Positions 1 through 10,893 of a stretch of DNA of 64,000 nt are shown in pieces. Position 1 is the stretch's first letter; every line of letters starts with the position of its first letter. The stretch is from an uncultured Christensenella sp. (GTDB lineage: Bacteria > Bacillota > Clostridia > Christensenellales > UBA3700), in assembly GCA_910583995.1 (NCBI GenBank), contig CAJTYW010000001.1, positions 157,366 to 221,365 of the forward strand, written 5' to 3'. Position numbers and translations under genes: made by a program. The notes under the pieces were generated by a model. It ran no database searches. It was not told the origin of the DNA and saw only the letters and a list, made by a program, of their open reading frames with translations.

Positions 1-30
1 ATTATTTTAAATTAATAAATTTAAGTAAGG

Positions 31-105
31 CTAAAGCGACCTTGATAAAATTTTATCAACGTTAAAGTAAAAATAATAAAAGTTTATAGTGATAAGATTT
101 CTCAT
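31..105 (-). CDS. candidate 24-aa aromatic-rich small ORF (MRNLITINFYYFYFNVDKILSRSL), below the ORF-track length cutoff
   Basis: ATG at 105 is preceded by GGAG (114-117, 8-nt spacing) and a consensus promoter at 135-163. TAG stop at 31-33. Contains the run FYYFYF. The downstream gene lies beyond the window edge. Confidence 0.25.
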   Translation of the reverse strand: MRNLITINFYYFYFNVDKILSRSL

Positions 106-134
106 AAGTCGAACTCCTGCTCTTTCTTGTTAGT

Positions 135-163
135 ATTATATACCTATTTTTTTTCAATGTCAA
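135..163 (-). promoter_or_regulatory. sigma-A type promoter (TTGACA-17-TATAAT) reading toward the window start
   Basis: Minus strand reads TTGACA (158-163), a 17-nt spacer, then TATAAT (135-140). Both hexamers are perfect. Confidence 0.55.
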
Positions 164-262
164 TACTTTTGAAAAAATTTTTTGATTTTTTTAATATGGT
201 ATATTTATACATTAAGTTGTAAACATATTAGCATATTTACATATACCAATTAATTGATATTC

Positions 263-1513
263 TTAGATAATATCGTTTTCATAAAGTGGGAATTTTTCAC
301 ACAAAGCACCAATAATGTCTGATACTTTAGCAATTGCAGTATCTTTTTGTTCGATAATATCTGCAATGCAATTACCAATAATTTCCATTTCTTTTTCTTT
401 CATACCACGAGTTGTTACAGCAGGTGTACCAATTCTTATACCTGAAGTAATAAATGGTGAGCGTGTATCAAAAGGAATAGCATTTTTATTAACAGTAATG
501 TGTGCTTCGTCAAGTAAAAATTCAAGCTCTTTACCTGTAATATCGTTATTAGTTAGGTCTAACAACATTAAGTGGTTATCTGTACCACCGCTTACAAGAT
601 TAATACCACGCGATGTCAAAACTTCAGCTAATTTTTTAGCATTTTTAACTACTTGTCTTTGATACTCAACAAATTCGTCACTCATTGCTTCTTTTAAAGC
701 TACAGCTTTTGCAGCAATAATATGCTCTAATGGACCGCCTTGAATACCTGGGAATACAGCTTTATTAATTGCTTTTTCAAATTCTGCTTTACACAAAATC
801 AAACCACCTCTAGGGCCTCTTAATGTTTTGTGAGTAGTTGTTGTAACAACATCGGCATATTTTACAGGGTTTTCGTGACAGCCAGCTGCAACAAGACCTG
901 CAATGTGAGCCATATCAACCATAAATATTGCACCTACTTTATCTGCAACTTCACGGAATTTAGCAAAATCAATTGCTCTTGGATAAGCACTTGCACCTGC
1001 AAGAATTAGCTTTGGTTTTGTCTCTAATGCGATTCTCTCTAATTCTTCATAATCAATCATACCTGTTTCTTTATCAACGCCATAAGGTATGATATTAAAG
1101 TATTTACCGCTGATATTAACAGGACTACCGTGAGATAGGTGTCCGCCGTGAGCTAAGTTCATACCCATAACTGTATCACCTGGCTCAAGCAAAGCAAAGA
1201 ATACAGCTAAATTTGCTGATGCACCACTGTGTGGTTGTACATTTGCACTATCTGCACCAAATAGCTTTTTAGCACGCTCGATTGCAAGATTTTCTGCTTC
1301 GTCGACATACATACAGCCACCGTAATATCTTTTTCCTGGTAAACCTTCTGCATACTTATTAGTAAGGTGTGTACCAGCTGCTGCAAGAACAGTAGGGCTC
1401 ACAATATTTTCGCTAGCAATAAGTTCGATATTACCGCGTTGTCTTTTAAGCTCTTTCATCATACTTTCGTATAATTCTGGGTCGTTTTTCTTAATAATTG
1501 ATAAATCCATCAT
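263..1513 (-). CDS. glyA: serine hydroxymethyltransferase
   Basis: 416 aa. SHMT signature with PLP-lysine motif [14 protein letters not shown], plus HLTNKYAEG. Confidence 0.97.
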   Translation of the reverse strand: MMDLSIIKKNDPELYESMMKELKRQRGNIELIASENIVSPTVLAAAGTHLTNKYAEGLPGKRYYGGCMYVDEAENLAIERAKKLFGADSANVQPHSGASANLAVFFALLEPGDTVMGMNLAHGGHLSHGSPVNISGKYFNIIPYGVDKETGMIDYEELERIALETKPKLILAGASAYPRAIDFAKFREVADKVGAIFMVDMAHIAGLVAAGCHENPVKYADVVTTTTHKTLRGPRGGLILCKAEFEKAINKAVFPGIQGGPLEHIIAAKAVALKEAMSDEFVEYQRQVVKNAKKLAEVLTSRGINLVSGGTDNHLMLLDLTNNDITGKELEFLLDEAHITVNKNAIPFDTRSPFITSGIRIGTPAVTTRGMKEKEMEIIGNCIADIIEQKDTAIAKVSDIIGALCEKFPLYENDII

Positions 1514-1559
1514 AATTTATACCTCTGTTTATTATTTTTTATTTTATGCTAAAAAGCAA

Positions 1560-2240
1560 TTATTTTATTAATTGTTGTACAACATATCCACCAAGTTTAA
1601 TACCTGCTAGCGGTGGCATATACGCTATACTGCCTATTGTATTACCTTCAATTTGCAAAGGGATTGCGTTGTTTGTAACTGTATCAAGCTTTTTTATACC
1701 ATTGTCTTTTAGTAACTTACGCATTTTTTTTGCAAGCTTGTCATTTTGTGTTTTAAATATATCTACAATTTCAAAATCTGTCATTTCGATTTTGTTACCC
1801 GCACCCATTGCACTTATTATGTTAAGATTTTTATCCTTTGCTGTTGCTATAAGCAATAGTTTATCTTTAACGCTGTCAATTGCATCGATAACATAATCAT
1901 AATGTCTGTCAAAAATCATATTTACGCTATCTTGGTTAAATCGTATATTTAAAGCACGAACATTTATATTAGGGTTAATATCAAGCATTCTTTCCTTAAA
2001 AACGTCAACTTTTGCTCTTCCGATTGTGGAGTGAGTGGCAATAATTTGTCTGTTTATATTTGTAATATCCACATTATCGCCGTCAACAATTGTAAAATTA
2101 CCCACACCGCTTCTTGTTAAAACTTCCAAAGCATAACCGCCTACACCGCCTACACCAACAACAAGTATATTGCTGTTTTGTAGTTTTTGTAGGTTGCTAT
2201 CACCTATTAAAAGTTTTGTTCTATCAAAAATTTCTGCCAT
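1560..2240 (-). CDS. tcdA: tRNA threonylcarbamoyladenosine dehydratase (ThiF/HesA family, TcdA/CsdL-like)
   Basis: 226 aa. Rossmann motif VVGVGGVGG and DGDNVDITNINRQ, typical of E1-like ThiF-family TcdA. Confidence 0.85.
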   Translation of the reverse strand: MAEIFDRTKLLIGDSNLQKLQNSNILVVGVGGVGGYALEVLTRSGVGNFTIVDGDNVDITNINRQIIATHSTIGRAKVDVFKERMLDINPNINVRALNIRFNQDSVNMIFDRHYDYVIDAIDSVKDKLLLIATAKDKNLNIISAMGAGNKIEMTDFEIVDIFKTQNDKLAKKMRKLLKDNGIKKLDTVTNNAIPLQIEGNTIGSIAYMPPLAGIKLGGYVVQQLIK

Positions 2241-2319
2241 ATTAAACCTAATTTTATTTATAAGTTATTGCGCAATATTTAAAACAAATATTTTACAATT
2301 TTATAACTTAATGATTTTA

Positions 2320-4110
2320 TTAATCTTTTGGATTGTTGATTTCAAGGAATAATTCCTTAAGTTGTAGGTCGTCTACAGGACTTGGTGCTTCAGACATTAA
2401 GCAAGACGCATTTTGCACTTTAGGGAATGCAATAACGTCTTTAATATTATCTGTACCAGTAACTAACATTACAAGTCTGTCAAGACCAAAAGCAAGTCCG
2501 CCGTGTGGTGGTGCACCATATTTGAAGGCATCTACAAAGAAACCAAAACGATTTTTTATGTCTTCTTCACTCATACCAAGCATAGCAAACATTTTTTCTT
2601 GCATTTTTACATTGTGAATACGGATAGAACCACCGCCTGCTTCTTGACCATTGATTACAAAGTCATAAGCATTGGCACGAGCTTTGCCTGGGTCTGTATC
2701 TAGCAAAGGAATATCTTCTGCTTTTACAGATGTAAATGGGTGGTGAACTGCTACATATCTGCCTTCTTCTTCGTCATACTCTAGCAATGGGAAGTCTGTA
2801 ACCCACAAGAAATCATATTGTGATTTGTCATACAAATTGTAAGTATCCGCAATATGACATCTCAAACCGCCTAAAGTGTCCAAAACCAATTTTGTTTTGT
2901 CTGCAATAATAAGTATTAAGTCGCCTTGCTCTGCACTCATAACCTTATAAATTTCATTCATTTGCTCTTCAGTCATAAATTTTGCAAATGAAGATGTTGT
3001 GCCTTCTGCTTTAAGTGCTGCCCAAGCAAGACCTTTAACGCCATAACCTTTAACAAACTCACCTAAAGCGTCTATTTGCTTTCTTGTAAGCGTAGCAAGT
3101 CCTTTAGCATTAATACCACGAACGCTACCGCCTTCCTTTAATACATTTGCAAACACGCTAAATTCACTATCTTTAACAGCTTGAGACAAATCTTTGATTT
3201 TTAAATCAAATCTTGTATCTGGTTTATCGCTACCATAGTTTTCCATAGCAACAGCATAAGGAATTTTGCGGAATGAACCAACTTTTAAATCCATACCAAG
3301 GCATTGATTAAATATTTCGCAAATAAGACCTTCTGCAATTTCCATAACGTCTTCGTCTTTTTCAACATAGCTCATTTCCAAGTCTATTTGAGAAAACTCT
3401 GGTTGTCTGTTAGCTCTTAAGTCTTCGTCACGGAAGCATCTTGCAATTTGATAATATCTGTCAAAACCTGCAATCATCAATAACTGTTTGAATAATTGTG
3501 GAGATTGTGGAAGTGCATAAAATTCACCTGGGTGAATTCTTGAAGGCACTAAATAGTCTCTTGCACCTTCAGGAGTTGATTTGCCCAAAAATGGTGTTTC
3601 AATATCCAAAAATCCTTTAGAATCTAAATAGTCACGGGTGATTTTTGTAATTTTACTTCTCATCATCAAAATATTTTGAAGTGCAGGACGACGAAGGTCT
3701 AAGTATCTGTATTTTAATCTTGTTACATCACCTACTTTTGCATCGTCACTGATAACAAAAGGTGTAACTTCTGCTTCATTTAAAATTTTTAAATCGCTTG
3801 CGATAATTTCAATTTCACCTGTAGGAAGATTGCTGTTAATGTTGCTACCCCTTGAGCGAACTATACCTTTTACGCAAACAACATACTCATTACGCAATTT
3901 TGTAGCTTTTTCAAAAATTTCCTTTGCAGTACTGTCATCAAAAGAAACTTGTACAATACCACTTCTGTCGCGTACATCAATAAAAATCAAGTTGCCAAGA
4001 TTACGATATTTTGCAACAAATCCCATACAAACAACTTCTTTGTCAATGTCGGCTTTTCTAAATTCTCCGCATAATTTACTGCGTTTGTAACCACCTATTA
4101 ATTCAGCCAT
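2320..4110 (-). CDS. aspS: aspartate--tRNA ligase
   Basis: Class II aaRS motifs FRDEDLRANRQPEF, GGGSIRIH, GLDRLVM. Start trimmed from TTG (4116) to ATG at 4110, 2 nt after the hisS TGA stop. Confidence 0.97.
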   Translation of the reverse strand: MAELIGGYKRSKLCGEFRKADIDKEVVCMGFVAKYRNLGNLIFIDVRDRSGIVQVSFDDSTAKEIFEKATKLRNEYVVCVKGIVRSRGSNINSNLPTGEIEIIASDLKILNEAEVTPFVISDDAKVGDVTRLKYRYLDLRRPALQNILMMRSKITKITRDYLDSKGFLDIETPFLGKSTPEGARDYLVPSRIHPGEFYALPQSPQLFKQLLMIAGFDRYYQIARCFRDEDLRANRQPEFSQIDLEMSYVEKDEDVMEIAEGLICEIFNQCLGMDLKVGSFRKIPYAVAMENYGSDKPDTRFDLKIKDLSQAVKDSEFSVFANVLKEGGSVRGINAKGLATLTRKQIDALGEFVKGYGVKGLAWAALKAEGTTSSFAKFMTEEQMNEIYKVMSAEQGDLILIIADKTKLVLDTLGGLRCHIADTYNLYDKSQYDFLWVTDFPLLEYDEEEGRYVAVHHPFTSVKAEDIPLLDTDPGKARANAYDFVINGQEAGGGSIRIHNVKMQEKMFAMLGMSEEDIKNRFGFFVDAFKYGAPPHGGLAFGLDRLVMLVTGTDNIKDVIAFPKVQNASCLMSEAPSPVDDLQLKELFLEINNPKD

Positions 4111-4112
4111 AA

Positions 4113-5363
4113 TCAATTACCTTCCTTTAATACTTCTTTTACTAATTTTATCTTTTCGCTATTTCCTGTTTCCATATTTTTTAAAGTGAAACTTTCTTCT
4201 TTAAGTTCGTCTTCACCGATAATTGCTACATATTTTGCACCAATTTTATTTGCATATTTCATTTGAGCTTTGGTGCTACGATTCATTAAATCAAACTCAA
4301 TTGAAAGCCCTTGACCTCTTAAATAATTTGCAAATCTAAAGGCTACTTTTCTTGCATCGTCTGATAGTGGTGCAATATAAACATCAATTGGTTTTTCATA
4401 CCCCAAATTCAATTCTAAATTTGCAAGCATAATCATTAATCTTTCTATGCCCATACCAAATCCAACTGCAGGACAAGGACTGCCACCTACTTGCTCAACT
4501 AAGTTGTTGTATCTGCCGCCACCACAAACTGTACCTTGTGCGCCAATGTTGTTGCTGATAAACTCAAATACAGTTCTTGTATAGTAATCAAGACCGCGTA
4601 CTATTTGTGGGTTTACAACATATTTAATGCCTAAATCGTCAAGTCCTTCACATACTGCTTTATGATGATTTTTGCAGTCTTCACACAAATAATCTAAAAC
4701 CTTTGGTGCGTCTTTTAATAACATTTTGCAGTTATCGTCTTTACAATCAAGTATTCTTAGTGGATTTTTGTCAAATCTATCACGGCAAGTTGCACATAAT
4801 TTATCAAAATTATTTTGTAAAAATGCTTTTAAAGCATTATTATATTGCTTTCTACATTCAGGACAACCTATGCTGTTAATATTAAGCTCAATATTTTTAA
4901 CACCCAATTTGTCAAAAATGCTTTTAGCAATAAGCATAACTTCAATATCTGCAAGTGGACTATCGCTACCAAAATATTCAATACCAAATTGGTGATGCTC
5001 TCTTAGTCTGCCATTTTGTGGTCTTTCATAACGAAATACGGGGGTAATATAATACATTTTTGTAGGTTGTGGCAACGCATAGAGTGAGTTTTCAATATAT
5101 GCACGCGCAACACCTGCAGTACCTTCTGGCTTAAGAGTAATACTTCTGTCACCTTTATCATTAAATGTATACATTTCCTTGTTTACAATATCTGTTGTGT
5201 CCCCAACACCGCGTAAAAACAATTCTGTATGTTCAAATGTTGGAGTTCTTATTTCTTTTACACAAAAGCTTTCTGCAACAGATTTTACAGTCTTTTCAAT
5301 ATAATGCCACTTGTAACTGTCGCTTGGCAAAACATCTTTTGTACCTTTTGGGATATTAATCAT
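4113..5363 (-). CDS. hisS: histidine--tRNA ligase
   Basis: 416 aa. HisRS motifs GGGRYNNLV and GFGMGIERL. N-terminus is IPKGTKDVLP. Confidence 0.97.
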   Translation of the reverse strand: MINIPKGTKDVLPSDSYKWHYIEKTVKSVAESFCVKEIRTPTFEHTELFLRGVGDTTDIVNKEMYTFNDKGDRSITLKPEGTAGVARAYIENSLYALPQPTKMYYITPVFRYERPQNGRLREHHQFGIEYFGSDSPLADIEVMLIAKSIFDKLGVKNIELNINSIGCPECRKQYNNALKAFLQNNFDKLCATCRDRFDKNPLRILDCKDDNCKMLLKDAPKVLDYLCEDCKNHHKAVCEGLDDLGIKYVVNPQIVRGLDYYTRTVFEFISNNIGAQGTVCGGGRYNNLVEQVGGSPCPAVGFGMGIERLMIMLANLELNLGYEKPIDVYIAPLSDDARKVAFRFANYLRGQGLSIEFDLMNRSTKAQMKYANKIGAKYVAIIGEDELKEESFTLKNMETGNSEKIKLVKEVLKEGN

Positions 5364-5384
5364 ACTGACCTTCTTTATTTTAAA

Positions 5385-6692
5385 TTATAAAATATATTTT
5401 TTTAGATTTAATGTTTTAATAGTACTCTCTAAATTTTTAAGTACATATTCACGATTGATTTCAATTTTAACAACTTCGTTTAAGCCGCCTGCTTCAAATG
5501 AAATTTCTTGCAACAATTTTTCCATAATTGTATGCAATCTTCTTGCACCAATATTTTCGTTATTTTCATTTTCTGCAGCTGCAATTTTTGCAATTTCTTC
5601 AATCGCATCGTCGTTAAAGTTTAGCTCAACATTATCTGTTTTTAGTAGCTCTTTATACTGAGTTAAAATTGAATTATCTGTTGATTTTAAAATTTCAATA
5701 AAATCTTTTTCGCTCAAATTGTCAAGTGTAACTTTAATTGGGAATCTACCTTGCAATTCAGGTATTAAATCGTCTACGCTTGCAATGTGGAATGCACCAG
5801 CCGCAATAAATAAAATATAATCTGTTTTAATTTGTCCGTATTTAGTGCTTACAGTGCTACCTTCTACTATAGGTAAAATATCTCTTTGTACGCCTTCTCT
5901 TGATACATCTTGACCATTATTTGCTTTAGCGGCAATTTTGTCAATTTCATCAACAAATATAATACCTTCGTTTTCTGCTCTTCTTATAGCTTCGGCATTA
6001 ACGCTATCTTCATCAATTAACTTATCACTTTCAACTTCCATTAAAATTTTGTAAGCTTCTTCGATTGTTACAGATTTTTTCTTTGTTTTTTGTGGAATCA
6101 TTCCGCCAAAAATATCTCCGATACTCATCTCTATACCAGAACCGGGTGCAAGTTGAATATTTTTTGGAGCTTGCGGTAATTCCATTTCGACAACAATGTC
6201 TTTATGTTTACCTTCTTTTAAGTCGATATAAAGCTTTGCTACAAGTTCCTTTTCGTCCATATCAGGAAACAAAGTTTTCTTAATAGGATAAAGTGCTTTA
6301 GCAAGCTTTTTGTATACTTTTTCACTTGCTTTAGCTTCAACTTCTTTAATTTTCTCTTCTTTTACTAGTCTTACGGAAACTTCTGCCAAATCTCTAATCA
6401 TAGACTCAACATCTCGTCCAACATAACCTACTTCTGTAAATTTAGTAGCTTCAACTTTAACAAAAGGTGCTTTAACTATTTTTGCAAGTCTTCTTGCAAT
6501 TTCTGTTTTACCTACACCAGTAGGCCCTTTCATTATAATGTTTTTTGGAGTGATTTCTTCACGCAAATGCTCTGGCAAAAGATTTCTTCTGTAACGATTT
6601 CTAAGTGCTACGGCAACAGCCTTTTTAGCATCTACTTGACCTATAATATATCTGTCAAGTTCTTTTACTATCTCTCTTGGTGTCAATTGCAT
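5385..6692 (-). CDS. hslU: ATP-dependent protease ATPase subunit HslU
   Basis: 435 aa. Walker A GPTGVGKTEIARRLA, Walker B IIFVDEIDKI, and an I-domain insertion. Confidence 0.95.
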   Translation of the reverse strand: MQLTPREIVKELDRYIIGQVDAKKAVAVALRNRYRRNLLPEHLREEITPKNIIMKGPTGVGKTEIARRLAKIVKAPFVKVEATKFTEVGYVGRDVESMIRDLAEVSVRLVKEEKIKEVEAKASEKVYKKLAKALYPIKKTLFPDMDEKELVAKLYIDLKEGKHKDIVVEMELPQAPKNIQLAPGSGIEMSIGDIFGGMIPQKTKKKSVTIEEAYKILMEVESDKLIDEDSVNAEAIRRAENEGIIFVDEIDKIAAKANNGQDVSREGVQRDILPIVEGSTVSTKYGQIKTDYILFIAAGAFHIASVDDLIPELQGRFPIKVTLDNLSEKDFIEILKSTDNSILTQYKELLKTDNVELNFNDDAIEEIAKIAAAENENNENIGARRLHTIMEKLLQEISFEAGGLNEVVKIEINREYVLKNLESTIKTLNLKKYIL

Positions 6693-6693
6693 A

Positions 6694-7230
6694 TTATACT
6701 ACCTCCACAGTTATATTGTCGTTTGTGAATACGCACAATTCGCTTGCTATAAGCAAAGCTTTTTTTGCTATTTCTTCTGCAGAAAGTTTTGTTTCCTTTA
6801 TCATAGCACGAGCTGCTGCTAAAGCATAGTTACCACCGCTACCGATTGCACATACGCCACCATCAGGCTCTATAACATCGCCTTGACCGCTTACAATATA
6901 TAAGTTTTCTTTATCAGCGACAATCATCATTGCTTCCAACTTTCTTGGCATTTTATCGCTTCTCCAAAGCTCTGCAAGTTCAACAGCAGATCTCATAAGA
7001 TTACCACTATATTTGTTTAACATACTCTCAAATTTTTCAGATAATGAAAAAGCATCTGCAACTGACCCTGCAAAGCCAATTACAACTTTGCCGCCAAAAA
7101 TTCTTTTTACCTTTTTTGCTGTAGATTTAAATATTACGCTTTCACTTAAAGTAACTTGTCCATCACCAGCCACTGCAATTTTGCCATCTCTTTGTACAGC
7201 ACAAATTGTAGTACCCATTAAACTTCCCAT
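6694..7230 (-). CDS. hslV: ATP-dependent protease subunit HslV
   Basis: Start trimmed to ATG 7230, which has the RBS AAGGAGAG. Catalytic N-terminal Thr context MGTTICAV, plus GDGQVT and [13 protein letters not shown]. Confidence 0.93.
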   Translation of the reverse strand: MGSLMGTTICAVQRDGKIAVAGDGQVTLSESVIFKSTAKKVKRIFGGKVVIGFAGSVADAFSLSEKFESMLNKYSGNLMRSAVELAELWRSDKMPRKLEAMMIVADKENLYIVSGQGDVIEPDGGVCAIGSGGNYALAAARAMIKETKLSAEEIAKKALLIASELCVFTNDNITVEVV

Positions 7231-7276
7231 TATTCTCTCCTTTATGTATTCTTGCTTTTTGCAAAATACAAATTTA

Positions 7277-8590
7277 TTATTTGATATCAAATTGTTTGTT
7301 GTAATTTACTATATCATTTATCGCTCTATTAAAATAAGCAATTTTCCTTTGTTTTTTATCCCTAATTTTAATATCAAGCGGTGGCAAAATACCAAAATTA
7401 GCGTTCATTGGCTGAAAATCGATATTATCGGTAGAAATATGTCTTTGCAAACTACCTGTAATAGTCGTGCTTGGTGCAATATATTTATCAGTTTTTGTAA
7501 TATCGGCGTGAAGATTTAAACTTGCGATAAGTCCGCTCATTATACTTTCAACATAGCCTTCTACACCTGTTATTTGTCCTGCAAAGTAAATATTTTCAAA
7601 ACCTTTTAATTTAAAATAACAATCAAGATGCTTAGGTGAATTAATAAAAGTATTTCTATGAATAACGCCGTATCTTAAAAATTCAGCATTTTCTAACCCT
7701 GGCAACAATGAAAATATACGCTTTTGTTCAGGAAATGTTAGATTTGTTTGAAATCCTACTAAATTGTAAGCACTTCCTTGTACATTTTCTTTCCTAAGCT
7801 GACAAACGGCATAATATCTTTCGCCTGTTTTGGGATTGGTAATTCCCACAGGTTTCATCATACCATATCTTATAGTTTCTGCACCGCGTTTTGCCATAAC
7901 TTCAATAGGCATACACGACTCAAAAATTTCACCTTTTTCAAAAGAATGTAAATTGGCAACTTGCCCATTAATTAAAGCCGAATAAAATCGCTCGTATTCT
8001 TCCCTTTTCATCCCGCAATTTAGGTAATCTGACTGTTCGCCTTTGTCGTACCTTGTTGCAAAAAACAATTTATCATAGTCCAAACTATCGCCGCTTATGA
8101 TTGGTGCAACTGCATCATAAAAATGAAGATTATCACTATTTCCAATAAGTTTTGCAATAGCATCTGCCATTAAATCAGATGTAAGTGGACCTGTAGCTAT
8201 TATTGTAGGAATATTCGTATCAATTTCTGTGTATTCTTGGTCAATTCTCTCAAAATTCGGAAAGCTATTAAGCTCTTCTTCCACAAAAGAGGAAAATTCT
8301 TTGCGATTTACAGCTAATGCACCACCAGATGGTACTCTGGCTTTTTCCGCACATCTTAAAAGCAGACAATCCAAGCTTTTAAGTTCCGCTTTTAGCGTAC
8401 CGCTTGCAGTTGAATTTTCCATACTTTTTAAGCTGTTACTGCAAACTAATTCGCTTAAGTTTGTAGTTGTGTGGCAAGGTGTTTGTTTAACCTTTCGCAT
8501 TTCATAAAGCTTAACATTATATCCCCTTTTTAAAAGTTGATAACAGGCTTCAGACCCCGCTAAACCACCGCCAATTACACGAATTTCCAT
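7277..8590 (-). CDS. trmFO: methylenetetrahydrofolate--tRNA-(uracil-5-)-methyltransferase TrmFO
   Basis: 437 aa. FAD-binding [11 protein letters not shown]. Sits in the conserved position after topA, as in Bacillus (gid). Confidence 0.93.
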   Translation of the reverse strand: MEIRVIGGGLAGSEACYQLLKRGYNVKLYEMRKVKQTPCHTTTNLSELVCSNSLKSMENSTASGTLKAELKSLDCLLLRCAEKARVPSGGALAVNRKEFSSFVEEELNSFPNFERIDQEYTEIDTNIPTIIATGPLTSDLMADAIAKLIGNSDNLHFYDAVAPIISGDSLDYDKLFFATRYDKGEQSDYLNCGMKREEYERFYSALINGQVANLHSFEKGEIFESCMPIEVMAKRGAETIRYGMMKPVGITNPKTGERYYAVCQLRKENVQGSAYNLVGFQTNLTFPEQKRIFSLLPGLENAEFLRYGVIHRNTFINSPKHLDCYFKLKGFENIYFAGQITGVEGYVESIMSGLIASLNLHADITKTDKYIAPSTTITGSLQRHISTDNIDFQPMNANFGILPPLDIKIRDKKQRKIAYFNRAINDIVNYNKQFDIK

Positions 8591-8605
8591 AAAATTCCTT
8601 ATAAA

Positions 8606-10882
8606 TTAATCTTTCTTCTTTTTAATCGGTATAATATTTTTGCATTTTGGATAGTTAGGGCAAGCATAAAATTCGCCATATCTTCCGTTTTTAATTACCA
8701 TTTTTGCACCGCAGTTTTCACAAATAACATCTTCACTTGAGTTATGATTTTCATTATTAGAATTATTTGTCTCCATCAACTCTTTTTCAGCATCTTGAAT
8801 TTCGCTATCATAACTGCTTTGGTTATAAAAAATAGTGTTTTCAGGTGCATTTTCAATATTATCTTGAGTATCAGAATTTTTCATTCTTTTAACTTCGCTA
8901 ACTTTTAAAATTTTGTTACATTCTGGATAACCGCTACAACCATAAAATTTACCATATTTGCTATTTTTTAGCAGCATTGGTTTGCCACAATCAGGACATA
9001 GTACTTCTTCTGCATTAGATTCTGAATTGTCTTTGTCATTTTCATTAAATGGCATAATTTTTTTGCAGTTAGGATAGTCAGAACAGCCTAAGAATTTGCC
9101 GTATTTGCCGTCCCTTATTACCATAGGCTTTCCGCAGTCTGGACATTTTATATCTGTCATTATAGGCTCGATTTTAACCCTTTGTCCGTCATTGGCTTTT
9201 TCAAGATTTTTCAAAAAACCAGGGTAAAAATCACTTATAATTTTATGCCAGTCTACTTCACCGTCAGCAACAATATCAAGCTTACTTTCCATTTCTGCCG
9301 TAAATTTAGTGTCCATTATATTAGGGAAATATTTGACTAATTGGTCGCATACAATAAAACCAAGCTCTGTTGGTTTCATATACTTGCCTTCTTTTTCAAT
9401 ATACTGCCTTTTATAAATTACACTTATAATAGTAGCGTAAGTTGATGGTCTACCAATGCCATTCTCTTCCATTGCTTTAACAATAGTACTATCTGTATAT
9501 CTCAATGGCGGTTTTGTAAATTTTTGCTCTTTTGTAAGCTCTTTTAATATCAATTTATCGTCAACTTCAAAGTTTGGAAGATTGTTTGCGATATCTTCGT
9601 CATCTTCTTCTTTTGATGCTGTGTAAACTTTGGTGTAACCTGCAAAAATCAAAGTTTTACCTTTTAGCAAATATCCGTATTTAGTACCATTAAATTCACT
9701 TGTGATATTTACAGTTAAAGTATTATACTCTGCAGGAACCATTTGAGATGCTAAAAATCTGTCATAAATCAATTTATAAAGCTTCCATTGGTCGTTTTCA
9801 ATCTTACCTTTTAAAAACTCTGGTGTGTAATCAAGATTGACTGGACGAATAGCTTCGTGTGCATCTTGAGCGTTACCTTTTGTAGTATAAACATTTGGTT
9901 TTTTAGGATAATATTCCGCTCCAAAATGAGTATTAATAAAGTTTCTAGCCATATTTTGTGCATCGTCACTAATTCTAACGCTGTCTGTTCTTATATAAGT
10001 AACTAATGCGTGCTGACCTTCGTCTTTAATATTAACACCTTCATAAAGTTGTTGAGCGATTTTCATAACACCGCTTGCAGAAAAATTAAGTTTGTTTACA
10101 GCATCTTGTTGCATAGTAGATGTTGTAAAAGGCGGATTAGGTTTTGATAAGCTTTTTGCTCTTTTAACATTACTTACATACCAATTGCCTGCTTTTGATT
10201 CTTCTTCAACTTTTAGTGCATCTTCCCCATTGGTAATTTTGCGTTTTTTACCATTTATATCATTAAATTGAGCCTTATAAAAAGCTGTACCATTTCCTGA
10301 AACATTGGCAAAAATATTCCAATACTCTTCTGGTTTAAAAGCAAGAATTTCACGTTCTTTTTCGCAAATCATTCTTAGTGCAACAGATTGAACTCTACCT
10401 GCAGATAAACCCTTTTGAATCTTTTTAGACAAAACAGGAGAAATCAAATAACCAACCAATCTGTCAAGTACTCTTCTTGCTTGTTGTGAGTTTACTAAAT
10501 TTAAATCTATACTTCTTGGGTTTTCAATAGCTTTATTAACGGCTTTTTTAGTAATTTCGTTAAATACTATTCTAACATCTTCGCTTTCAATTCCTAAAAT
10601 GTTTTTTAAATGCCAAGAAATTGCCTCTCCTTCACGGTCGGGGTCGGTTGCTAAATAAACTTTATCACAATTTTTGATTTCTTTTTTAAGCTGTTTTATT
10701 GTATTTTCTTTTTGTGGATACACTTCATACTCTGGTTCAAAGTTTCTATGCACATTAACGCCCAACTTATCTGCCGGTAAATCACGCACGTGACCGCCTG
10801 ATGCCAATACTTTGTAACCTGAACCTAAATATTTACTTATGGTTTTTGATTTTGAAGGTGACTCAACAATAACTAAATCCAT
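8606..10882 (-). CDS. topA: DNA topoisomerase I
   Basis: 758 aa. Toprim motifs VIVESPSKSKTI and DPDREGEAI. Active-site Tyr context TYIRTDS. Three C-terminal C4 zinc ribbons (CPDCGKPM...C..YPNC type), with an N/S/E-rich insert before the third. Confidence 0.97.
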   Translation of the reverse strand: MDLVIVESPSKSKTISKYLGSGYKVLASGGHVRDLPADKLGVNVHRNFEPEYEVYPQKENTIKQLKKEIKNCDKVYLATDPDREGEAISWHLKNILGIESEDVRIVFNEITKKAVNKAIENPRSIDLNLVNSQQARRVLDRLVGYLISPVLSKKIQKGLSAGRVQSVALRMICEKEREILAFKPEEYWNIFANVSGNGTAFYKAQFNDINGKKRKITNGEDALKVEEESKAGNWYVSNVKRAKSLSKPNPPFTTSTMQQDAVNKLNFSASGVMKIAQQLYEGVNIKDEGQHALVTYIRTDSVRISDDAQNMARNFINTHFGAEYYPKKPNVYTTKGNAQDAHEAIRPVNLDYTPEFLKGKIENDQWKLYKLIYDRFLASQMVPAEYNTLTVNITSEFNGTKYGYLLKGKTLIFAGYTKVYTASKEEDDEDIANNLPNFEVDDKLILKELTKEQKFTKPPLRYTDSTIVKAMEENGIGRPSTYATIISVIYKRQYIEKEGKYMKPTELGFIVCDQLVKYFPNIMDTKFTAEMESKLDIVADGEVDWHKIISDFYPGFLKNLEKANDGQRVKIEPIMTDIKCPDCGKPMVIRDGKYGKFLGCSDYPNCKKIMPFNENDKDNSESNAEEVLCPDCGKPMLLKNSKYGKFYGCSGYPECNKILKVSEVKRMKNSDTQDNIENAPENTIFYNQSSYDSEIQDAEKELMETNNSNNENHNSSEDVICENCGAKMVIKNGRYGEFYACPNYPKCKNIIPIKKKKD

Positions 10883-10893
10883 TCAATTCTCCT

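Noticed and set aside
7013-7519. 168-aa plus-strand ORF, and many similar plus-strand ORFs in the track (for example 315-662, 20411-20815, 35865-36230, 52873-53340, 61925-62684).
   Set aside because: They lie antisense within well-supported minus-strand genes, have low-complexity S/F/I/L-rich translations and lack RBSs. These are typical shadow ORFs of an AT-rich genome.
8606-9000. N/S/E-rich low-complexity inserts (topA C-terminus, S41 peptidase N-tail, helicase tail, membrane-protein tails) as possible functional repeats.
   Set aside because: They are consistent with AT-driven Asn/Lys-rich low-complexity expansion seen across many proteins in this window. No periodic repeat unit is evident.
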